IMG/VR virus record: IMGVR_UViG_3300005837_001480
Span: 1-27,761 of that record
Reading direction: 5' to 3' (one strand)
DNA from: a virus
Lineage: Duplodnaviria; Caudoviricetes
DNA: 27,761 bases
Below the pieces are notes generated by a model that was not told the DNA's origin, did not search any database, and saw nothing but the letters and a program-made list of their open reading frames with translations. Positions 9,746 through 18,374 of the stretch are shown here, one piece after another; position 1 is the stretch's first letter; each line of letters begins with the position of its first letter. The translations under genes were made by a program, and so were the position numbers.

Positions 9746-11225
9746 TCGTTGTGTACTCCACTGTTATATTCAAAGGATTTACCGTAATTCTTTCATACTT
9801 TCTAGGAATTACATTATCTGCACTATAATCTTCAGCGTCTACTTGAACTGTAATTACCGGAGTCAGAATACCCTCAACCTCTCTCAGCGGAGTATATAGT
9901 TCGTAAACTTTTAGAATCTCTGCAATCTGTAATAAACCTACTGCATTAGTTAAAACAGTTTTAATTTGGTCAACACCATCACCAGGGAAGGCAGGTGAAA
10001 CCCCCACAACTACTTTAATTCTAATCGGCAGATCAGTAGATGATGAATATTCTAATTCTATAATCTGGCCGTTTTCAGTACGAACATTACCTTTTCTTGC
10101 ACTTGCTGTGCCGGCAGTTGAAGAATTTACCACCGGAATACCTAGCGGAGCTAGATCATAGATAGTCTGAGCAACAAGATCATCACTACCACCATCCACA
10201 TAAACTTCAATACTATGCGGAGGCCGGCCTGCAACATCTATTTCATCTGTTAAGTTAGGCTCAATACCTACCGAACTTACTTCAGGAATCCTTTCAAGGG
10301 ACTGTAAGAAACCCAACATTGTCGCAGTGCCAGGTCTGCCCATACGATTTTCCATTCTCAGTCTATACTCACCGTCTGTTTCCCTAGCAAGTCCAGGTAC
10401 TCCTGCCTCGAAGTTTATAGTATGAGTGAAGTTTTCATCGGAACTAGCTACTGTAGTTATTGAACGAGCAGGAATTGCTTCACTAGTAGAGTTTATACCT
10501 GTGAAGGATTCTAAGTTTGTAGTGGAGTAACAAGATTCTGCAACTACTTCACTATTGAATCGTAGCAGTGTATTTTCAGTAATCACTAGCTCCACTAAAG
10601 GAGAATTGTCACTGAAGTTAATATGTATTGCGCCATTCTCAAAAAAAGTACCTGCAACGGTAATATCATCTGCCAAAACACCACTGGAAGCTAATGCTGT
10701 CGCTAGTGAAGACTTTATAGTAGCTGCTGAATCTGTTGCAGCAATAGTAGTGATCCCACCAACACCCCATTGTAATTTAATCTCACCTCGAGTCGGGAGT
10801 GTATCACAGATTACTAAGTAGTCAGAGTCAGTGATTGTTGCGGAAGTGTCGGAATAAAATAATCTATCACCCCCCGTTACTTGCACTCTCAAGTTAGCCG
10901 GAAGTATAACACCTGGATTAGGTCCGCCCATATAGCAAGAGACTGTACTTGCAGTCTCAGCACGACGACGAGTTGTAGTAAGTGTACCCACTAAATCTAA
11001 GTTCATTCCAGTTGCAGTTGATCGAAACCTGGAATTAAAATCCGCCTGTAAGCCTAGCCAACAATCGGCCAGCTCAGTAGAGAAAATATCTACCAGAGTC
11101 GCCCATCGGGACCCCGGCTCCAAGTTAATATCATCTCCGAAATAAGCCTTTAATCTGTCGCCAATATCTTTAGATATTTCTTCATCGGTCTTCGGTGTGA
11201 AACCCTGGTCGGTAAGTCCTGCCAT
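9738..11225 (-). CDS. Baseplate J / gp47-like wedge protein
   Basis: 495 aa. MAGLTDQGF start, ATGMNLD.VG....RR, G...ETDGEYRLR and GRPPHSIEVYVDGG motifs. Confidence 0.92.
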   Translation of the reverse strand: MAGLTDQGFTPKTDEEISKDIGDRLKAYFGDDINLEPGSRWATLVDIFSTELADCWLGLQADFNSRFRSTATGMNLDLVGTLTTTRRRAETASTVSCYMGGPNPGVILPANLRVQVTGGDRLFYSDTSATITDSDYLVICDTLPTRGEIKLQWGVGGITTIAATDSAATIKSSLATALASSGVLADDITVAGTFFENGAIHINFSDNSPLVELVITENTLLRFNSEVVAESCYSTTNLESFTGINSTSEAIPARSITTVASSDENFTHTINFEAGVPGLARETDGEYRLRMENRMGRPGTATMLGFLQSLERIPEVSSVGIEPNLTDEIDVAGRPPHSIEVYVDGGSDDLVAQTIYDLAPLGIPVVNSSTAGTASARKGNVRTENGQIIELEYSSSTDLPIRIKVVVGVSPAFPGDGVDQIKTVLTNAVGLLQIAEILKVYELYTPLREVEGILTPVITVQVDAEDYSADNVIPRKYERITVNPLNITVEYTTNG

Positions 11226-11234
11226 ATTGTCCTC

Positions 11235-11618
11235 TTAAGCTTTTATGGTAATAGAATCCTCCAGTAGCTCGCCGGACTTTAGTATTATTTTTACAGTCAC
11301 GGTGGCTTTGCGAGTAGCTCTGTCGATACTCGATTCTAGGGATTCTACGCTAGATACTACATTACATTTTAATATAGCATCAACTAACATAGTGTTCAAA
11401 GAAGTTCTAGTCATCCCCTTAACACCAAGGTAGTCAAACCAAGGGATACCAAACCTGGGAGCCACAGTATTATCCTTATAGTATTCACCTTCGAATAATC
11501 CTAGATGACTTTTTATATCCTGAATCGCAGCCTCTCTTACTCCATCATCACTTGATAGTGCTAAATCACCACCCCTAATTACTATATCCTCGGTATCATC
11601 GTCGTAATACAAATCCAT
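11235..11618 (-). CDS. Sheath initiator / gp25-like baseplate protein
   Basis: 127 aa. QDIK..L.LF.GEY..D....GIPW motif, immediately before baseplate J. Confidence 0.8.
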   Translation of the reverse strand: MDLYYDDDTEDIVIRGGDLALSSDDGVREAAIQDIKSHLGLFEGEYYKDNTVAPRFGIPWFDYLGVKGMTRTSLNTMLVDAILKCNVVSSVESLESSIDRATRKATVTVKIILKSGELLEDSITIKA

Positions 11619-12212
11619 CTATTCCACTCCTAAAATTCCACCGATCGGATTACCACTGGCATCTACTCCGGTACAAACATAACGTAACTCTGAAAAACAT
11701 TGCTGCATTAACTTTGGAAACGCACTCTGGGTAGCATCGTTCGTTGGCGCAGCATCAGCTAAACCACCTTCCACTCGCTCAGGTAGACCGTCAGGGAACT
11801 CCTCATTTGGCTCTACCGCTGGCTCCAAAGTACCAAGTTTAGCCAAAGCATCCACTACTGAAGTAGGATCTAACACCCCTGCTCCGGGACTTCCCAATAT
11901 ACCAGCATTAACCGGAGGAGGACCAACAAGCCCACCAAGCTGAGTATCTTTAGGAACTATCACCGTGGAAGTACCAATATAGGCAGTAACCCCTTTGAAA
12001 ATACCCACAATACTTGGATCAGACAGTAAGCCAGTCTCCATTGCCTGTGCGAAAAAGGTAAATGTACCACCAGCATCATTTTCCAAACTAATACCACTTA
12101 ACTGATTACTTAAGAAATTGGTAAGACTCTTTGGCCACTGAGTGTTATCTATCACCGGAGGCATACTGGGACCAAAATTGTCACCCCAATCCTTTTCGCT
12201 ACCGAAACTCAT
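11619..12212 (-). CDS. Hypothetical virion protein, possible spike tip/cap
   Basis: 197 aa, Gly/Pro-rich. ATGA-coupled to the spike gene. Function inferred from position only. Confidence 0.45.
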   Translation of the reverse strand: MSFGSEKDWGDNFGPSMPPVIDNTQWPKSLTNFLSNQLSGISLENDAGGTFTFFAQAMETGLLSDPSIVGIFKGVTAYIGTSTVIVPKDTQLGGLVGPPPVNAGILGSPGAGVLDPTSVVDALAKLGTLEPAVEPNEEFPDGLPERVEGGLADAAPTNDATQSAFPKLMQQCFSELRYVCTGVDASGNPIGGILGVE

Positions 12213-12919
12213 TCTGCTGTCCCCTTTAATTGGCCAAGCAGTACCTTAATATTCCCCAAGTCTGTAACCACACCTGGCACTGGAGTAGCAGGTCCAGTTG
12301 GAGTCTGCCAAGGAATTGTAAGTGCAGCCACTAGTCCTTCAAGTATTGAAATAACATCTGGAGTAACACCTGAAACTCCGCCGGCAGATAAACCGCTAGT
12401 CTTAACAGTTGTACCCTCCTTATCGCCAAGGAAGATCTTTGGTGCAGTTACTTGTGCAGATTCCACCGCATCAACGAATACTTTATCACCCATCACTTCG
12501 GTAGCTTCCCTTTGTTCGTAAGGTACTTCCACCGGATGTAGGCAAGGAATTGCGATCGCATCGTTAATATCAAACATTGATGCAAAGTCCGGCGGAAAGC
12601 CTGGACCTTTTGTTCGCCAATTACCTGTTGATCTTTGAATAAACTGTAGAGTCACTTCATCACCCTCATAAAGGAAAAATGAAAGTCCGCCTTTAGAATT
12701 ACGAGGTAACTTGACCGGAACATCCCTTAAGTTGGGATATTTCACCATACCGCCAGAGATTGTGCGCTCAATGGAAATTTTAGCTTCGATAGTCTGAGTG
12801 TTTTTATCGTAACTAACTACCGTTGCTGGTAGAGTTATATACATTTGAACTAACTTATCTCGCACACCCATGTCTATTACATCAGCAAGCGAATACTTAG
12901 AATCTTCTCTAGTTTCCAT
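12209..12919 (-). CDS. Central spike, Gp138-type N-terminal OB domain
   Basis: 236 aa. LPA.VVSYD..TQ, P.L.DVPV..PR...G.., GDEV.L.F.QRS...W and FD.NDAIAIP motifs. Confidence 0.88.
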   Translation of the reverse strand: METREDSKYSLADVIDMGVRDKLVQMYITLPATVVSYDKNTQTIEAKISIERTISGGMVKYPNLRDVPVKLPRNSKGGLSFFLYEGDEVTLQFIQRSTGNWRTKGPGFPPDFASMFDINDAIAIPCLHPVEVPYEQREATEVMGDKVFVDAVESAQVTAPKIFLGDKEGTTVKTSGLSAGGVSGVTPDVISILEGLVAALTIPWQTPTGPATPVPGVVTDLGNIKVLLGQLKGTAE

Positions 12920-14172
12920 TAATTACCCTGCTCCGTTTGTGAAGGACTTGGTCCAATCACTTGCTTAAGATCCCAATCATCTAACCATAAAGGATTGGTA
13001 GGTTTCTCCTCTTGAGGAAGTGGAGTGTCTAAAGCTAGTAACTTCACTTCAAACCTACTATTCATAGAGTTACCCTTATAAACAATCTGGTCAATTTTTA
13101 GATTATCTATCTTCTTCACCTTAGCTTTATTCACTGCTCCACGACCAACCTGGGTAGTCTTCTTACCAGGCTCTCGGTCAGTATATGCTGAAGTCACATA
13201 CTGCGGACTACTCAACTGAAAAGATACTCGATCACCGATTGCAAAGTTATAATTCATAACACTAGTTATACTCCATGCAATCTCATTATCTTTCTTTTCA
13301 GGATCGTTGTCTATTTTACTTTTTATAATCGAACGTGATGGAATACCTACTAAACCAGTCTCGGGAGTAAGTAAAGTTGAACGATAATTATAATTACCTA
13401 GTCTCTGATGAAATACAATAATCCCATTATTTGTAGAGTAATACATCTGGTAAGGGGTTATTAACTCCGTTAATGCCTTGAAAGGATCACCCACAAAAAC
13501 TCTATCCCTTAGTAATTTTACGTCAGGAACTTGACTAGTGTCAGAGTCAAATAGGTTAGGAACTACTGTAGTAATCGCACTACACAATCTCTTCACCAAG
13601 TTAGAAAGACTCTCACCCTTTCTAGCCTCAAACCTAATAGCCTGCCAAGTTGCTAAGTTACGGTAGCGATCCTCTTTCATTTGTAAAATAGTCTTACTCT
13701 CCGAACCGTTATACATTCGGTCGGCACTGGTTATTGTACCTGCAAAGATTAAACCAATTTTGTCATTATAACCAGCCTTGAAGGTAACTACACTACCTAA
13801 CTTGAAACGCTCATAATTCTGCTCACTTAGATTATAGATTGTGAGCTTCATGTTATTACTATCGTTTTCGTTTTGCCACTTAGCCTTCTTCATTATTGTG
13901 AAGTCTATTGCCAATCCTATCTTTTCAACAGTCTGCTCCAACACTAAAACTTCCGCATGACTACCAGGGATATCAGTGAAACCTGCTGCTGAAAAAGGTT
14001 TCTTACCCTCAGCAGCACGGGATAACACTGAAAGTCCGCTGTTAAAATTTAAGTTCGGATTAAACGGATCTGCAATTTCTAAACGGTAGCAGCGCATATA
14101 AGCTCTATCTTGAGTCTTACTTGCATTTACATAACCACGTTCCGTTGATACAGGAGTTTGTTTCCTACTCAT
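12919..14172 (-). CDS. Baseplate hub (gp27/Mu gp44-like)
   Basis: 417 aa. IDF.I.K, L.IYNLS, F.AGY...GLIF.G.I and LLTPETGLVG.P motifs; sits between plug and spike. Confidence 0.85.
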   Translation of the reverse strand: MSRKQTPVSTERGYVNASKTQDRAYMRCYRLEIADPFNPNLNFNSGLSVLSRAAEGKKPFSAAGFTDIPGSHAEVLVLEQTVEKIGLAIDFTIMKKAKWQNENDSNNMKLTIYNLSEQNYERFKLGSVVTFKAGYNDKIGLIFAGTITSADRMYNGSESKTILQMKEDRYRNLATWQAIRFEARKGESLSNLVKRLCSAITTVVPNLFDSDTSQVPDVKLLRDRVFVGDPFKALTELITPYQMYYSTNNGIIVFHQRLGNYNYRSTLLTPETGLVGIPSRSIIKSKIDNDPEKKDNEIAWSITSVMNYNFAIGDRVSFQLSSPQYVTSAYTDREPGKKTTQVGRGAVNKAKVKKIDNLKIDQIVYKGNSMNSRFEVKLLALDTPLPQEEKPTNPLWLDDWDLKQVIGPSPSQTEQGN

Positions 14173-14518
14173 GATAAACCCTACTTAAATATATCAAAGT
14201 CTTTTCAACACCGAAATTTGAAAGACCTGGATCAAGCTGATCCCCATTACGATCATAAATTTGCAAGTCACCATCGGGCAGTAACTCTCGGTATGCAAAC
14301 TTGTTTATTGTCTTTCTATTGCCTAATAACATTGGAATCTGTTGTAAAACAAACGCACCAGTAGCATCAGTAATCGTCATAAACCAAGTGTCGATACGAA
14401 AGTTATAATCAAACTGATAAGTATAGTCTGACTCATCTAAATTTGTAACAAACCTGAAACTGTTACCAGTCTGATCGTTTTGCACTGGCAATATAAATGT
14501 ATAATTCGATCTAGCCAT
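14165..14518 (-). CDS. Baseplate plug-like protein (Pam3 gp18-like)
   Basis: 117 aa. F...LD...Y...F.YN.R...W.M.I.D..G motif, GGAG RBS, position before the hub. Confidence 0.75.
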   Translation of the reverse strand: MARSNYTFILPVQNDQTGNSFRFVTNLDESDYTYQFDYNFRIDTWFMTITDATGAFVLQQIPMLLGNRKTINKFAYRELLPDGDLQIYDRNGDQLDPGLSNFGVEKTLIYLSRVYHE

Positions 14519-14520
14519 AG

Positions 14521-14550
14521 CTACTCCGGTATATTATTTCTCTTACTCAT
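14521..14550 (-). CDS. Putative 9-codon mini-ORF MSKRNNIPE
   Basis: ATG overlaps the TGA of the Dit-like gene (ATGA). Its TAG ends 2 nt before the plug ATG. Confidence 0.3.
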   Translation of the reverse strand: MSKRNNIPE

Positions 14551-14573
14551 GGTATATTATTCTTCTTACTCAT
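14528..14573. repeat. 23-bp tandem duplication (21/23 identical)
   Basis: ggtatattatttctcttactcat (14528-14550) followed by ggtatattattcttcttactcat (14551-14573). Confidence 0.9.
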
Positions 14574-15749
14574 CCTTTTGAGTTCAGCTTTAGTTACAAA
14601 GTCATAAGAATCGCCAGTAGGACTACTTTTTATCTTAGTACAGCCAGTCTTATCTCTCTGCTCCGCTGAGTAATAGTAAAAGGGCTGGTTAGTCTCATCA
14701 TAGCCTAAAAGTAACTCACACTCTTTCGGCGGATCTTCATCCTCTTTGTCACCTTCCGTGCCATCATTAGACTGCTCACTATCCTCAATCGGTGCAGGAG
14801 GTGCAGCATCATAACTAACAGTGGTAGTAACTGGTAAAACTACGGTGCGCATTTCTCTAACTACCATATTTATAGACATGGCATCACCCATGTTTTTATT
14901 TTTCGGCAGTGTTAAAGACTCTATTGTGAAAGGGGTAATCTCTCCATCAGGATCTCTAAAACCGTAAGGAGCATAGGAAGTCTTCAACATTAAAGGTCGT
15001 CCGGTTTTCCACCAATTCATCAGTAAGGTAAATACTCTATCTGTACGACTTTCTATTCTATTATTATCGGCAGCATCATCACCTTTGAACATTTTCTCAA
15101 ACATTTCAGCAGATTGTATTAACTTGCTATTTATTAAATTCTCTAAAGTATCAGAGTAAGCAAATACAGTATTTGAATGTAATGCACTTATACTCAAAGA
15201 AAAAGCTTCAGGAAAGTGATGATCGGAAATCTTACCGAGTCTATCCGAAGGATACTTTGAAGTACTTGCACGAAAATTGTAACTCTCACTAGCAATCACA
15301 TCCGCCTGAAATACAATAGGTAAAAGTGGTGGAGTAGTCTTCTCCTCCTTCACTACCTTCTCTCTTTCATATTCCGCCTCTGGCTTTGTTGGATCAGGTG
15401 GCGGAGGTGATGGATTAGCTGGTGGAACCCGATAATCCTCGAAAGGATCACCTGGGGGGATCATACGTAAACTACGGTTGAAAGTCTCACCATCCGCCTC
15501 ACCTAAATCCCAAGGCTTTGAGCGAGTGGAGGCTGACGGCATAGACATCGGAGCCACCGGAACTTCCGGCAGTGGACGGTCAGTAGTTGGATTTACAGTA
15601 GGATCACCCGGTGCGTTAGTACTAGTTACTTGCGCCTCGGGTAATATTTCAGTAAGGGATAAAGGTTGGAAGTCAAACCAAGCATTTTGATTTGACTGCG
15701 TACCATCCTGAGTCCTTTGATTTTGACTGTAAGGATTTCGTCTTACCAT
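14547..15749 (-). CDS. Dit-like / tube-initiator protein with Pro-rich N-terminal and acidic C-terminal extensions
   Basis: 400 aa. Core motif DVIASESY...TSKYP...ISDH..P..LSI; directly follows the tape measure (TAATG overlap). Confidence 0.75.
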   Translation of the reverse strand: MVRRNPYSQNQRTQDGTQSNQNAWFDFQPLSLTEILPEAQVTSTNAPGDPTVNPTTDRPLPEVPVAPMSMPSASTRSKPWDLGEADGETFNRSLRMIPPGDPFEDYRVPPANPSPPPPDPTKPEAEYEREKVVKEEKTTPPLLPIVFQADVIASESYNFRASTSKYPSDRLGKISDHHFPEAFSLSISALHSNTVFAYSDTLENLINSKLIQSAEMFEKMFKGDDAADNNRIESRTDRVFTLLMNWWKTGRPLMLKTSYAPYGFRDPDGEITPFTIESLTLPKNKNMGDAMSINMVVREMRTVVLPVTTTVSYDAAPPAPIEDSEQSNDGTEGDKEDEDPPKECELLLGYDETNQPFYYYSAEQRDKTGCTKIKSSPTGDSYDFVTKAELKRMSKKNNIP

Positions 15750-17689
15750 TAAACAATTTCTCCTGTACGGGCATTATAGACCGAAGCAGCATCCTGTAGT
15801 GATGCAAAGACTGTATTAGAAACATCATCAGTATAAATTGTATTATACTGCATAACAGCCGAACCTTTATAGTCTACTCCAGGGAAACTTCCACCCTTGT
15901 CTAATCTATTATTCTTTTCATCATCGTGAAGATAGAACATATCATCATCACCACTTTCATAGTCAGGGTATCTTGACTTGAAGAGTCTATCCATTTCTTC
16001 TCTATTATTCATTCGGTGGTAATATTGAATGTTCCTCCAGAACTCTTCACCACCCATTTCTTTGCCTTCCTTCAAGGCTCTATGACCAATACCGCTATAA
16101 ATTCCTAAACCTAACGCACCGGCTGCACCAGCGGCAAAGTAAGGAGCCATCGGTGCAGTGAATGTACCCATGGCTGAACCACCAGCAGCAAGACCTAAAC
16201 CTAAACCTGCTGCCCACTTCTTCCAGTCCATATTCCAAAAGCTCCAAGTAGTCTTAGTTGGACCAGTCATAGTTTTAGGCTTATCTGTCATGTGATCGTG
16301 AAAACCTTTTGCGATCTCTACCCCTACTTCCTTTAGTACTGCCATAATAGGACCTTTTGCTGTATTCCAAATAAAGGAAAAAGCAATTTTATAAGCTCTA
16401 CCAAGCGCATTACCTAATAGTTCATAAGCGATCTTTGCTTGGTTTTTTATAGTTTGTGTATCCAGTCCTTTAATTCCGACTCCAGTAATATCGGAAATTA
16501 TGAAGCGTGTACGGGAACCCCATATATTAATAGTCTCTTTCAGTCTGTTGATAGAGTCTTTAAAATCAACACTATTGAAAGCATCAACTAGCAAACGGAA
16601 AGTCTTACGAGTTTCATCACCGAATAGATTACCGATTTCTTTGAAGGCAGGCTCAAGTTCAATAAGAGTATTATTAAACGCATCCAGAATCATTGTCAGA
16701 TTGTCAAAGGTTGGTTTCGCAAGTAATGCACCACTATTCCATGCAACTGTTTGTGAAACTGCTGCTTGACCAAGTGTACTTGCTAGAGTATCAGCGGATA
16801 ATCCATGCAAGGGACCGCCAGGACCAGTCAATTCTTCTACCGCTTGGATGATTACACCCTTAGTAACTGCACCTTTTGCAATCTCATCCTTAACAACATT
16901 AGCATTTACTTTTAGTACTTTTGCAAGCGCACCAAAGATCGGAATACCAGTCTGTGCGATCTGTCTAACATCCGTACCGTATGCACGATCGGCTGCTATG
17001 ATTTGAGCAAAGTTAGTACCCTGTCTTTTGAAAGCATCAGGATCAGCACTATATAAATCGGATAGTCCACTTAGTAGCGGAATTACTTTATCTTTTGGTA
17101 AACCTGCTGCCTTTAAAGTACCTGCAACTTGTAGGTTATCTAAGTAACTTTGAGAAGATTTCTTACCACTTGGATGCTGACCGATCGAGAAGCGATAAAG
17201 TTCATCCATGAACTCTTCACCGTACATCCCACCAGTGGCAGGATTCCTAGCACGGCCTTGCTTATCTTTCATTAAAGCATTGAACTTTACTTGCTGCTTA
17301 GTGTAAGTCGCTGCTGCTTTTAAGGAACCAAGAATAGAACCAACTAGTGCAACTCCAATACCCTTGAACATTGTCATAACTACACTATGGATCTTACCCA
17401 TAAACCAAGTTACTGTCTCAACAGCCTTACCCAGTCCTAGTCTTAAACCGGCAGAAATGTTTTTACCAATGAACGCACCGATGTTTTTCCAATCGGTTAC
17501 ACTGGCAAACTGAGATTCAAAAGCTTCTTTACGCTTCTTTGCAGCTTTCTTTTGAAGATCAAGAATCCTTTGTTGGAAGTTCTTAATCTCCTTTTCAGCT
17601 TTTTTTGTACCTTTAGTGTGGATACTAATTACGTAAGAGTCTATTACGTGACTGTTTCCACTTGTTCGACTACCAGTATATTCAGCCAT
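15749..17689 (-). CDS. Tape measure protein
   Basis: 646 aa, helical and Ala/Gly/Lys-rich. Tape-measure domain (FAQI.A......DVRQ.AQ.GIPI...LA..L......K.....G.VT); strong AGGAGG RBS; follows the chaperone. Confidence 0.9.
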   Translation of the reverse strand: MAEYTGSRTSGNSHVIDSYVISIHTKGTKKAEKEIKNFQQRILDLQKKAAKKRKEAFESQFASVTDWKNIGAFIGKNISAGLRLGLGKAVETVTWFMGKIHSVVMTMFKGIGVALVGSILGSLKAAATYTKQQVKFNALMKDKQGRARNPATGGMYGEEFMDELYRFSIGQHPSGKKSSQSYLDNLQVAGTLKAAGLPKDKVIPLLSGLSDLYSADPDAFKRQGTNFAQIIAADRAYGTDVRQIAQTGIPIFGALAKVLKVNANVVKDEIAKGAVTKGVIIQAVEELTGPGGPLHGLSADTLASTLGQAAVSQTVAWNSGALLAKPTFDNLTMILDAFNNTLIELEPAFKEIGNLFGDETRKTFRLLVDAFNSVDFKDSINRLKETINIWGSRTRFIISDITGVGIKGLDTQTIKNQAKIAYELLGNALGRAYKIAFSFIWNTAKGPIMAVLKEVGVEIAKGFHDHMTDKPKTMTGPTKTTWSFWNMDWKKWAAGLGLGLAAGGSAMGTFTAPMAPYFAAGAAGALGLGIYSGIGHRALKEGKEMGGEEFWRNIQYYHRMNNREEMDRLFKSRYPDYESGDDDMFYLHDDEKNNRLDKGGSFPGVDYKGSAVMQYNTIYTDDVSNTVFASLQDAASVYNARTGEIV

Positions 17690-18313
17690 GCTTTGTGAAC
17701 CTCCTTCTCTCTAGTGCCTTCAGCTCTTTCTCTTTCATGTGTTCTTGAATGTCTAAAACTTCGTGCGCATCAAGGAGATCACCGACTGACATCTTCTCTA
17801 AATCTGAGTAGCGAAGTAGCTTTGCAACAATAGGTCGCCAAATAAAAAGATCCGCCTTCATTGTGAAGTCATCACCAGGAGTGGTTGGACCACCCCCGAT
17901 AGTTACCCCGGGTGCTATTTCTACGGCTCCGGAATCTCTTGCGGAATCTCTGCGCTCACTAATGAACCTGCGATTGCTTCCTTCGCCTTGAGAAAAAAAT
18001 CTTCAAAATTTAACTTAAGAACCTCTTTCAAAACGTCAAAAGAAAAGCTACCTACTTTCATATGTATCTCAAACTTGCATTGCTCACCGTTAATCCAAAC
18101 ATAAGTTGTTAGTCTCTTTAGAAGAGAAATTAACTCCTGCTCCGGTAGACGCTGGAATAAAGATTCTACTGCACCGTTAACATCCATTAAACCTTTTTCA
18201 ATGGTAGGTCCAACAACCGCAGTGATACGACGAAGGATCTTCCAACCCTCAATCGCACCAAACTTTTGAATCTTAATTTGCTTGCCTTCGATTTCAATTT
18301 CAATGTAATCCAT
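17682..18313 (-). CDS. Frameshifted long tail assembly chaperone (G-T type), predicted 210 aa
   Basis: After D105-F-F, a -1 slip enters a frame open for 103 codons to TGA at 17682 (...FIWRPIVAKLLRYSDLEKMSVGDLLDAHEVLDIQE...). This fills the 231-bp gap before the TMP. An alternative is an independent 59-aa ORF at 17682-17861. Confidence 0.8.
17874..17900 (-). other. Predicted 12-bp mRNA hairpin downstream of the short chaperone stop
   Basis: ATCGGGGGTGGT-CCA-ACCACTCCTGGT pairs fully, with three G-U pairs. Confidence 0.45.
17921..18313 (-). CDS. Tail assembly chaperone (short form)
   Basis: 130 aa between tube and TMP, ending EVLKLNFEDFF, a motif typical of this chaperone type. GGGAG RBS. Confidence 0.85.
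   Translation of the reverse strand: MDYIEIEIEGKQIKIQKFGAIEGWKILRRITAVVGPTIEKGLMDVNGAVESLFQRLPEQELISLLKRLTTYVWINGEQCKFEIHMKVGSFSFDVLKEVLKLNFEDFFLKAKEAIAGSLVSAEIPQEIPEP
17993..17999 (-). promoter_or_regulatory. -1 ribosomal frameshift slippery heptamer T TTT TTT
   Basis: GAA GAT TTT TTT CTC is in X XXY YYZ phase. The -1 frame has TGA at 18003-18005 just upstream and is open downstream. Confidence 0.8.
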
Positions 18314-18349
18314 GTGTGTCTTCTCCCTATAAAACTGAATTTAATAATT

Positions 18350-18370
18350 CACTCTCTTCATCCGAGAGTG
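18350..18370 (-). terminator. Possible weak terminator/stability hairpin after the tube genes
   Basis: CACTCTC-GGATGAA-GAGAGTG just after the tube-2 stop, followed by AT-rich sequence but no clean U-run. Confidence 0.3.
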
Positions 18371-18374
18371 GAGT

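Noticed and set aside
17600-17606. A AAA AAA heptamer early in the TMP
   Set aside because: The -1 frame stops after about 35 codons, and the run is explained by Thr-Lys-Lys codons.
18322-18331. TATAGGGAGA resembles the 3' end of a T7 promoter
   Set aside because: The upstream bases do not match TAATACGACTCAC, and the sequence is explained as the chaperone RBS.
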